Below, in pieces: positions 17,238-24,889 of a stretch of 32,000 bases of DNA. Below the pieces are notes generated by a model that saw only the letters and a program-made list of their open reading frames with translations, did not search any database and was not told the origin of the DNA. The DNA is from Microcystis aeruginosa NIES-843 (lineage in GTDB: Bacteria; Cyanobacteriota; Cyanobacteriia; Cyanobacteriales; Microcystaceae): NCBI RefSeq assembly GCF_000010625.1, contig NC_010296.1:900001-932000 (forward strand), given 5' to 3'. Position 1 is the first letter of the stretch, and each line of letters starts with the position of its first letter. Position numbers and translations under genes: made by a program.

Positions 17238-18208
17238 TATTTAGGAGGATTATTAGGGGAAAGTGAGAGGAAAAACCTCACTCAAATGGCCAATAATGCC
17301 GTCGGAGTAGTTTATAACCGATTACATCACTTTTTGACCGAATCTCCTTGGTCAGACCGTCAGGTGAATGAATGTCGGTTGCAAGTGATGAACCAATGCC
17401 GCCAGACGCAAATCCCCCGAGGATTTTCCCTGATTGTCGATGACTCAGGACATCGAAAAAGTGGCAATCTGACCGCCGGAGTTGGCAGGCAGTACCTAGG
17501 AGAAATTGGCAAGACAGACAACGGAATAGTCGCCGTCACTACCCATCTCTACGACGGCAAAAAAAGTGTACCCCTAGACATTGAAATTTATCAACCGGCT
17601 AGTTCCTTAGCCGAGGGGAAAGAAGACAAAGAATTTAAGAAGAAACCGGAGATAGCGATAGATTTAATTGACCGGAGCTTAACCAGAGGCTATCGACCGA
17701 AAATCGTCTTAATAGATGCTGGTTATGGCAACAACACAAATTTTCTCAAAGCCCTGGAAGAAAGAAAGCTAAAATACTTAGGAGGATTGGCAAAAAATCG
17801 AAAAGTAATTATTGAAAAAGAAGGGGGTGTGGAAGAAACAATCCAGCTTGAGCAACTAGCAAAAAGCCTATCAGAAAAGGATTGGGAGAAAATCACCCTA
17901 AATCTAGATAAAGAAAAAACGGTTTGGGTAGCGGTATTCAGAGCGAAAATATCTCAACTAGAAGGAGAAAGGAACTTGGCGATCGTCATGAATGCAAGTT
18001 CAATGGAAAAAGCCACAGAGGTGGACTATTTCATCACCAATGTAGTTGAGGCAGATACAGTAACAGCGTCGTGGATAGTCAAGACTTACACCGAAAGAAA
18101 TTGGGTGGAAGTATTCTACCGAGAAGCCAAAGGATGGTTAGGGTTAAGGGAATACCAAGTCAGGGATAAACGAAGCTTACTTCGTCATTTTATCCTGGTG
18201 TTTTGTGC

Positions 18209-18628
18209 CTATACATTTATCCTGTGGCATAAGTTAACTGGGGGATTGCAAAGGCAGTGGGCGAATCGACCTTTAAACACTTTTGTGGAAGCCTTGGAAG
18301 CTTTTCGGACAGCGATGTCTTTCCGTTTCTTTGAGTGGCTGACCGAGAATCGGGATGTGTTTGCCGCTTACAAAGCCAGTTTAGGCTTTGTTTGGGCTTG
18401 AAATTTGTTTAAGTCCCACTATACATTTATCCTGTGGCATCAGTTAACTGGGGGATTGCAAAGGCAGTGGGCGAATCGACCTTTAAACACTTTTGTGGAA
18501 GCCTTGGAAGCTTTTCGGACAGCGATGTCTTTCCGTTTCTTTGAGTGGCTGACCGAGAATCGGGATGTCTTTGCCGCTTACAAAGCCAGTTTAGGCTTTG
18601 TTTGGGCTTGAAATTTGTTTAAGTCCCA
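18209..18628 (+). repeat. Tandem duplication (2 x 210 bp) of the IS701 3' end, including its terminal IR
   Basis: 18209-18418 and 18419-18628 differ at the 2 positions I spotted (CATAAG/CATCAG and GATGTG/GATGTC). Each unit ends in GTTTAAGTCCCA. Confidence 0.85.
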
Positions 18629-18736
18629 TTATTAGAATTTATTCAGGAACTCGATCAAGAGTCCCAACGGGCGGTTAGCGAGGGATTAGACGAGGAATCC
18701 CTCGCCCTGTTCGACCTTTTAACCAAAGAGAATCTA

Positions 18737-19820
18737 AGTACCTAGGCAAAATTAATTACATACTCGCCTCCAAAATTGTCCAGCACTTTTTTAACGTAAG
18801 CGAGGAGGCTCTTTCGGTCTTTATAGGCGCTAAATTCAATCCATTCATATTTTAAAAATCTCCATAATATTTCAATTAAATTTAAATGAGGTGAATAAGT
18901 GGGCAACCAAAATATTTTCAAGTTTTTCTTTTCCCATTCCTCAAGTTTCTCCATAAATGCCTCGCTGGTATGAATGGAAGCTTGGTCAATTATTATGACA
19001 GTTTTTTTCTGTATATTTTGGCAATATTTATCCAGAAAATTAATAACTATCTCGCTAGTAAACGTTCCGACCTGTGTCTCATAAAATAATTGATTATCTC
19101 GTTTCATTATTCCTAAAATATTTAGTCTTTTACCTTCAATTGGTGGTAACTTTATCGTGGTTTTTTCTTCTTGCCAAGCCTCAGGAATACAAGGCTTTGA
19201 ATCCCCTCCCATTTCATCCAAATATCCTATCTCAATCTCTCCTCTTTTTTCCTGTTTTTTTAGTTCTTCTAAAATAGGTAGTTTGACCTCAAGCTCCCAC
19301 TCATCAGGGGTTTTGGCGACCCCTCTTCTCACCCTTTTCCACCTCATGTTGATTTTTTTTATGAGTCTTTTTATCGTGTCTTTGCTTACGGTTAATTTCC
19401 CTTCTTCTACAATTTTTATCTGGATTTTTTTTAAGCTTTTCGGTTCTTCTTTTACCCAGTCAATAACTTGTTGACCTTGGGCTTCTGTCAATTTAGGTTT
19501 TCTCCCTCTTCCTCGACGATTATAAAAACCAATTAGTTTTCTATCTTCCCAGGCCGTCAACCAATTATAGATGGTCTTTCTCGTAACTCCAAATATTCCG
19601 CTCAATTCTTCTATCGTGGTTCCCTGAAAACTTAAGAGTATACATTTCGCTCGCTCTCTTACTTGATGATGTTTACTAGCTCGATAAATTCTCTCTAGCA
19701 TTTTCTGGCTCTCGGGGTTTAGGTCTCTAATCAATCTCATTGTATTTTCCTGCTGCTTCGTTTTTTTATGTATTATACTTCTTAATTTTTTATTTGGGTA
19801 ATTAATTTTGCATGACTACT
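18737..19820 (-). mobile_element. Second, unrelated IS630-family element (1084 bp) in hsdR
   Basis: IRs AGTAcctagGCAAAATTAATTAC / GTAATTAATTTTGCatgacTACT. TA duplication at 18735-18736 and 19821-19822. Excision restores ...KENLSPQDIEK... in frame. Confidence 0.85.
18742..19740 (-). CDS. IS630-family transposase, apparently intact
   Basis: 332 aa. HTH N-terminus (ELSGIFGVTRKTIYNWL) and DDE region (IIIDQASIHTS...WLPTYSPHLNLIEILWRFLKYEW). Confidence 0.9.
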   Translation of the reverse strand: MRLIRDLNPESQKMLERIYRASKHHQVRERAKCILLSFQGTTIEELSGIFGVTRKTIYNWLTAWEDRKLIGFYNRRGRGRKPKLTEAQGQQVIDWVKEEPKSLKKIQIKIVEEGKLTVSKDTIKRLIKKINMRWKRVRRGVAKTPDEWELEVKLPILEELKKQEKRGEIEIGYLDEMGGDSKPCIPEAWQEEKTTIKLPPIEGKRLNILGIMKRDNQLFYETQVGTFTSEIVINFLDKYCQNIQKKTVIIIDQASIHTSEAFMEKLEEWEKKNLKIFWLPTYSPHLNLIEILWRFLKYEWIEFSAYKDRKSLLAYVKKVLDNFGGEYVINFA

Positions 19821-20257
19821 TATCACCGCAAGACATTGAAAAAATTAAACAGATCGCCACGCAGCTTTTGAAAACCCTAAAACAAGAGAAACTAAAGATC
19901 GATCGTTGGCTAGATAAAGAATCCAGTCGGGCGGAGGTTAAAACTACTATTCACAACTTTTTATACAGCGATGATACTGGTTTACCCGTCGATCTCTACA
20001 CGGAAGAAGAAGTGGAAGAAAAAACGGAAGAAGTCTTCCGCCACATCCGGCGAGTTTATCCGAGTCTGCCTTCGCCTTATTACAGGTCGGCTGCCTAGAT
20101 TCTGGACTGTCCATATTTCGCTTTTCCGAAGTTGCTGATTTTAGCTCTAATAATCATCACCGTTCCTAAATGGTTGCTCCGATTTTTTGTAGTAAAGTTA
20201 TACTATTAAGGAAGCAAAGACGAAATTCTAAGTAGGTGGGTATTAAAAATTGTCAGA

Positions 20258-20310
20258 CACCCCCATGATCAAGGAGGATCCCCCCGCCTATCGGCACCCC
20301 CCTTATCAAG
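20258..20310. repeat. Left, degenerate part of the C-run/G-run palindromic array split by the IS4 insertion
   Basis: CACCCCCATGATCAAGGAGGATCCCCCCCGCCTATCGGCACCCCCCTTATCAAG. It ends in the 9-bp target CTTATCAAG. Confidence 0.6.
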
Positions 20311-21897
20311 CTATCCATTAGTCGGATCTTTCTTAACAAAAAGAGAAGAAACTTAAAAAAAGGGGAAACGATTGATAGGTATAGTTTTGAAAGAAGGAAT
20401 TAAGGTGGAGGTAAGCAAAAAAATGGAGAAATGGGCAGCCCAAGAATTACAGTATGCAGACCTAGGGGACACCAGAAGAAAGAAAAGGTTAATCAGTATC
20501 GTGGAAAACTTGGCCAGTCAACCTAGTACAAGTGTGCCACAAGCTTCAGGAAATCTAGCCGCAGCGAGTGCCACCTACGACTTTTGGAATTCCCCCTATT
20601 TTCACCCCTCAGATATAATTGCCGCCCAGGCCAAAAGTACAGTAGAAAGAATCAAAGAACATCCAATAGTTTTGGCAGTGCAAGACACAACAAGTTTAGA
20701 CTTTACGACGCAAAAAGCCAAAAAAGGCATGGGTTATCTAGATTATAAAAAATCCTTTGGTCTCAAAGTTCATACCACCTTAGGAGTGTCCCCAGTCGGA
20801 ATACCTTTAGGACTGATTAATCAATATGTCTGGGCAAGAGAAGAAAAGAATTTAGGGATTGCCAAGCAACGCAAAAAAAGAGAAACCCAAGAAAAAGAAA
20901 GTCAAAGATGGTTAGATTCTTTGTCAGAAACACAACAACAGATACCCGAAGATATTCAAGTAGTAACAATCGGAGATTGTGAGGCAGACATATTTGATTT
21001 ATTTGCCCAATCAAGAAGTCCTAACTCTCATTTATTAATTCGAGGAACTCATAACCGAAAAGTTAACTATCTCGAAGACAAGCAAAGGTCAGGGCATTCA
21101 GAGCCTAAATATTTACATCAATCCATCAGAGAAATAAAAGCCTGTGGGACCTTAGATGTGCAAGTAAAACGCAATCCTAATCACGAGGCTAGACTAGCTA
21201 AACTAACAGTTAGATTTGCCAGTTTTGAAATACAAGTACCTAGCCATCACTCCAAGGCGACCCCTCGTCAACCGGTCAAATTACAGGTAATTTTAGCTGA
21301 AGAAGAAAATCCGCATAGCGGAGTTAATCCTATCAGTTGGCTGCTCTTAACTAGCCTAGACATTAGTAGCTTTGAATCAGCGATAACCTGTGTGCGCTGG
21401 TATAGTTATCGCTGGTTAATAGAACGCTATCATTTTGTTTTAAAAAGTGGTTGTGGATTAGAAAAACTGCAATTAGAAACGGGTAGGAGAATTGAGATGG
21501 CCTTAGCTACCTATTCAATTGTAGCTTGGAGATTACTTTGGTTAACCTATCAAGCACGCTTACACGGAGAGGAGAGTTGTGAAAGTTTTTTGGAAGAACA
21601 TGAATGGCAATCTTTGTGTGCCACTATTCATAAAAAGAGTCCGCCACCTGAAAAGCCGCCCTCCTTTCGAGAAGCGGTCAGAATGATTGCTTCTCTTGGG
21701 GGGTTTTTAGGTAGAAAAGGTGACGGTGAACCTGGTGTTAAAACTATTTGGTTGGGACTGCGAAGGTTACATGATATCAGCCAGACTTGGAAACTATCTC
21801 ATCAAATTAGTCCCCCTATAGAACCCCCTTGAGCCATCTGGCACACTTTTCTCTTTTTGTCAAATTTTATGTTAAGAAAGATGTGACTAATGGATAG
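20311..21897 (+). mobile_element. IS4-family (IS50/Tn5-like) element, 1587 bp
   Basis: IRs CTATCCATTAGTCggATCTTTCTTAAC / GTTAAGAAAGATgtGACTAATGGATAG. Perfect 9-bp TSD CTTATCAAG at 20302-20310 and 21898-21906. Confidence 0.85.
20372..21832 (+). CDS. IS4-family Tn5-like DDE transposase, apparently intact (likely ATG at 20423)
   Basis: 486-aa ORF. The N-terminus ...WAAQELQYADLGDTRRKKRLISIVENLASQP parallels the Tn5 Tnp N-terminus (ALGDPRRTARLV). Also AVQDTTSLDF, YSYRWLIERYHFVLKSG, and a Tn5-like dimerisation tail. Confidence 0.9.
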   Translation: MIGIVLKEGIKVEVSKKMEKWAAQELQYADLGDTRRKKRLISIVENLASQPSTSVPQASGNLAAASATYDFWNSPYFHPSDIIAAQAKSTVERIKEHPIVLAVQDTTSLDFTTQKAKKGMGYLDYKKSFGLKVHTTLGVSPVGIPLGLINQYVWAREEKNLGIAKQRKKRETQEKESQRWLDSLSETQQQIPEDIQVVTIGDCEADIFDLFAQSRSPNSHLLIRGTHNRKVNYLEDKQRSGHSEPKYLHQSIREIKACGTLDVQVKRNPNHEARLAKLTVRFASFEIQVPSHHSKATPRQPVKLQVILAEEENPHSGVNPISWLLLTSLDISSFESAITCVRWYSYRWLIERYHFVLKSGCGLEKLQLETGRRIEMALATYSIVAWRLLWLTYQARLHGEESCESFLEEHEWQSLCATIHKKSPPPEKPPSFREAVRMIASLGGFLGRKGDGEPGVKTIWLGLRRLHDISQTWKLSHQISPPIEPP

Positions 21898-21992
21898 CTT
21901 ATCAAGGGGGGCAGGGGGGATCAAAACCCCCCTTATCAAGGGGGGCAGGGGGGATCAAAACCCCCCTTATCAAGGGGGGCAGGGGGGATCAA
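21898..21992. repeat. 34-bp tandem repeat (about 2.8 units) of alternating C6/G6 palindromic arms
   Basis: The unit CCCCCCTTATCAAGGGGGGCAGGGGGGATCAAAA is repeated head to tail. C6-TTATCAA-G6 and G6-ATCAAAA-C6 can each fold as hairpins. Confidence 0.8.
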
Positions 21993-22040
21993 GGACAAAA
22001 TCTATCTTCAATTTAATTGAAACCACTTACTTAGGGTTAA

Positions 22041-24028
22041 CCCGCATTTCTCACAAACTGAATTAAGAACCTAATTTGGAGGTTAAAAGTTGGTGTTTTT
22101 CAAAAATAAGAGAAACCCGCTTAGTTATCAAGGAATAATCTGACTAAACTAATCAAAAAATTCCTGAATTACTGGAAAAATTCCGTCAATTAGGGAAAAT
22201 GTTCACGACAAAGTTAGCTGAATTTATAAGCAGCCATTTTTAAGACTATTTAATGATCTTTGAAAACTCTTCAACTTATCCAGTTCCCGCTATCGCTTGA
22301 ATTCTAGAGTAAGCTATCGCTAAAATATCTTGATAGGGACAAGAACTGGCAATTGCGATTAAAATTCTTCTGACACTAACAGTAATTCTAGCTCCTAATT
22401 TAAGGAAATTAAGGCGAATTGTTCCCACTGTCGCTTTGGCAAAAGAAGTTTTAGCCAAACAATTTTGACGAAAAGCTTGCATTAAAACATAAGCCATTGA
22501 TGACAACCAAAGTCTTAATTGATTACTCTCAAATGTCTGTGTCGAATTCCGGTCAGCAAATAAGTCTAATTGTTGCTCTTTAATTCGATTTGACCTCTCA
22601 CCTCTGGGGCAATATTTTTCAGTGTAAAGTTTAGATGGGGGAATCTTTGATGCAGGTAAAGAAGTCACAACGTGGCGAATTTTTACGCCCTCACTACCAG
22701 GACAAACTTTTGTCACCACTCTTCTTGAACGGCTCCAGGATTTTTGGGTTTGATAACATAGGGAACGATACCAAGTCGATTCTGGTACCAATTTCGCCAA
22801 TTCTCCTAACTCTTCATCGGGAGAAAATAACGTCTCCATTAATTCAGTAACTGGCTGAAGTCTTTGCTCGTAATCTGCCTTAGCTTTCTCAATTACATCG
22901 GTCGCTCGTAATTTTAATTGACTATTCGTTGCCATTGCTAAAACATAATCAACTCCTGCTTGACTTTCGCAAAATTTCATGATATCTTCACGGGAATAGG
23001 CACTATCTCCTCGTACTAATATCTGCGTATCTGACCATTTTTCTCGAATTATACTGATTATTCGCTGCAATTCTTCTAATGCTCCCCCAGCAGTATCTAC
23101 ATGAGAAGACCGGAGTTTAGCTACTAATAAATGATGCTCACAGAAAATATACAAAGGAGCATAACACACTCCTTTATAATAAGTATTGAAAAACGCTCCC
23201 TCTTGATTTCCATGCACTTGGTCATCGGTGACATCCATGTCTAAAATAATTGGTTTCGGTGGCTTTTTGTAGGATTCTAGAAAGATGTCCACAAAAGCTT
23301 TTTCAATTTCTTTGGGGTTAGGCTCGATTTTATGGTAACGACTGTTCTCTTGATTGATGACTGTTTCCAGACAATATTCTAGTCGATTAATTGTACTTTT
23401 TCCCGCTAAATTTGCTTGGGCTGAGTCAATAAAATTTAGTTTTTTCAATGCTATTGCTAAAGCTGGAGCATGACGTAATTTATCATGATCATTGACATCC
23501 TCATATCCCAAAACTATCCCATAAACTCTTTGTGCGAGTAGTTCATGAACTGAATAATCTAGATAGGATGAATTTCGATAATCTCGAAAACATTCGGCAA
23601 ACCGAGCCGTTATTTTTAGCTTTTGGTCTAACTCTGCCATCAAAATAATTCCTGCATCTGAGGTGATTTTTCCTCCCTCAAAATTAGCGATTACTTGTCT
23701 TCCATTGAGGTTTCCAAAATTTAATTGATTGAGTCGAGACTGGTCTGAACTAGGAGTCATAAACTTGACATACTTTAAATAGTTTTAATGATTAAATTAT
23801 AGCAAGCTTTTGACTTCATTCTCTACTTAAAATTGAGACTTTATCAACTAATTAACCTAAAAATACGCATTTTAAATTTGTTCTTTTTTCAAGGTCTAAT
23901 TGATGATGAGCTTAAGTTGAATCCTAACAACACACTGTCGTTTTTGCTACAAGGCGATCACCCAGTCAAAACCCAGATTTTGTAAGGCTTCGGGGGTTGG
24001 TGATCGTACTTTTTGTGAGAAATGCGGG
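22041..24028 (-). mobile_element. IS1380-family element, copy B (1988 bp, uninterrupted)
   Basis: 17-bp perfect terminal IRs CCCGCATTTCTCACAAA / TTTGTGAGAAATGCGGG. Same orientation as copy A. The right flank TAAT (24029-24032) matches the left flank of copy A (9612-9615). Confidence 0.9.
22276..23760 (-). CDS. IS1380-family DDE transposase, intact
   Basis: 494 aa. The N-terminus F.GGKITSDAGIILMAELDQKL.I...FAECF.D.R......H....LLAQRVYGI.LGYEDVNDHD.LRHAP is typical of IS1380-type transposases. Confidence 0.9.
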   Translation of the reverse strand: MTPSSDQSRLNQLNFGNLNGRQVIANFEGGKITSDAGIILMAELDQKLKITARFAECFRDYRNSSYLDYSVHELLAQRVYGIVLGYEDVNDHDKLRHAPALAIALKKLNFIDSAQANLAGKSTINRLEYCLETVINQENSRYHKIEPNPKEIEKAFVDIFLESYKKPPKPIILDMDVTDDQVHGNQEGAFFNTYYKGVCYAPLYIFCEHHLLVAKLRSSHVDTAGGALEELQRIISIIREKWSDTQILVRGDSAYSREDIMKFCESQAGVDYVLAMATNSQLKLRATDVIEKAKADYEQRLQPVTELMETLFSPDEELGELAKLVPESTWYRSLCYQTQKSWSRSRRVVTKVCPGSEGVKIRHVVTSLPASKIPPSKLYTEKYCPRGERSNRIKEQQLDLFADRNSTQTFESNQLRLWLSSMAYVLMQAFRQNCLAKTSFAKATVGTIRLNFLKLGARITVSVRRILIAIASSCPYQDILAIAYSRIQAIAGTG

Positions 24029-24386
24029 TAATTGGGGTTTTACATCTAATAATTCTACTCCATCCCCATACCCTCCTCCCTCAAGTCAAGGATGGACTTT
24101 CTCCCCTAACGGAGTTCAAAAGCCATCTCAAACCAGTCCAAAAAATACAACATCTTCAGATCCCTGGAAAAAACTTGAACCCAATTCATCAAGTGCTTGG
24201 GATAAATTTGACACGGGTAAAACACCACCTCCAACAGATTGGGATAAACTCACTCAAGAACCTCCAAAAGAAGCACCAGTACCTATCCCAGATGAAAACA
24301 TTTGGGATAAATTTGATAATATTTGGAAGAAACTTACAACATCCGTATCATCTATTTGGAACAAAATTTTGAACTGGTTTAATTAG
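24029..24386 (+). pseudogene. 3' end of the triad kinase gene (W-rich C-terminal tail), displaced 14.4 kb by the IS1380-bounded unit
   Basis: Joining 9615 to 24033 (dropping one TAAT copy) gives ...SPVPVVN-WGFTSNNSTPSPYPPP... in frame for 117 codons up to the stop at 24384-24386. The ORF-track start at 23997 lies inside the IS end. Confidence 0.75.
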
Positions 24387-24412
24387 CTATCTGATTATTC
24401 TGTTCAGTTCTC

Positions 24413-24835
24413 CTATCCTAAAATCAACCTCATTGCTTGATTAATAATTTTATTTTTATCGATTATAGCCTCAATTTCTTCGGGTTGATATATACCCTCA
24501 AAAGCTTCTAATGCCCCTTGTCTTAAAGCGGAAGAATAAGCATCATCTAAGGTTTCTTTTAATTCTTCTATTGTTAGATAATTTCCTCCAGTTTTACGTC
24601 GTTTATTAATGCGTTGAATCTGTCTAACAGAATTAGAAATAGAGGTTTCCCATGAGCGTGTACTGCGTTTTTCTGCTTGCTGTTTAATCAGATGTAATAA
24701 GACAATAATACTAAAGCTAAAAATCTTATTGAGCTTATCATCTTTGCTCATTTCTGTCATTTCCTCTACCAGGAGCAAGGCATCGGGAACATTTCCTACT
24801 AAAAGTAAATCCTTTAATTCTAACAATTCTTCCAT
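24413..24835 (-). CDS. Hypothetical helical protein (possibly DUF29-like)
   Basis: 140-aa ORF with helix-rich composition. ...LLHLIKQQAEKRSTRSWETSISNSVRQIQRI... loosely recalls cyanobacterial DUF29 proteins. The family call is weak. Confidence 0.5.
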   Translation of the reverse strand: MEELLELKDLLLVGNVPDALLLVEEMTEMSKDDKLNKIFSFSIIVLLHLIKQQAEKRSTRSWETSISNSVRQIQRINKRRKTGGNYLTIEELKETLDDAYSSALRQGALEAFEGIYQPEEIEAIIDKNKIINQAMRLILG

Positions 24836-24889
24836 ATTGCCCCTATTATCAATTCAGTCGTTTTTTGAACCAAGCCAGATATAATTAAC

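Larger units (their letters stand above)
16915..18401 (+). pseudogene. IS701-family transposase interrupted by a 210-bp MITE
   Basis: The 5' part from ATG 16915 (MKETTPAAMPPCFDRWCRRFDNCFKNEAQKNGFRQYLG) joins in frame, after removing 17028-17245, to GLLGESERKNLTQMANNAVGVVYNRLHHFLTESPWSD... (ORF 17286-18401). Confidence 0.8.
16838..18628 (+). mobile_element. IS701-family element in hsdR, carrying an internal MITE and a 210-bp tandem duplication of its 3' end
   Basis: IRs TGGGACTTAAAC (16838-) and GTTTAAGTCCCA (-18628). 4-bp TSD TTAT at 16834-16837 and 18629-18632. Removing it restores the hsdR frame. Confidence 0.85.
14720..20098 (+). pseudogene. hsdR: Type I restriction enzyme R subunit (HsdR), 3' half only, cut by IS1, IS701 and IS630, with a 1-nt deletion
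   Basis: Pieces 14720-15265, 16221-16837, 18633-18736 and 19823-20098 join across TSDs. Helicase motifs are FRIAIVCAMWLTGFDVPSLSTLYLDKPLKAHTLMQVIARANRV; the C-terminal region has ...FEALLEFIQELDQESQRAVSEGLDEESLALFDLLTKENLSPQDIEKIKQIA... The frame changes between about 16231 and 16243. The 5' half is missing, truncated by the IS1380 copy A end. Confidence 0.85.

Noticed and set aside
18405-18611. 68-aa ORF duplicating the transposase C-terminus.
   Set aside because: It is the second unit of the 210-bp tandem duplication of the IS701 end, read from a non-ATG start codon at 18405. It is not an independent gene.
21898-21992. Possible CRISPR array, because of regularly spaced palindromic ~34-bp repeats.
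   Set aside because: The units are directly abutting with no unique spacers. There are only about 3 units and no cas genes or leader. It is a tandem palindromic repeat.
9616-24028. An inversion between two IS1380 copies as the explanation for the hybrid flanks.
   Set aside because: Inversion requires inverted copies and leaves them inverted. Here both copies have the same orientation, so composite transposition or circle integration fits better. I also noted that the inner flanks (GGTTAA| and |GTTAC) share GTTA offset by one base. This is not a clean TSD, so I do not rely on it.
23997-24386. ORF-track protein of 129 aa, which could be read as an independent Pro/Trp-rich gene.
   Set aside because: Its first 12 codons are read from the IS1380 terminal inverted repeat. 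From 24033 onward the frame is the exact continuation of the kinase gene interrupted at 9615. It is a displaced 3' gene fragment, not a separate gene.
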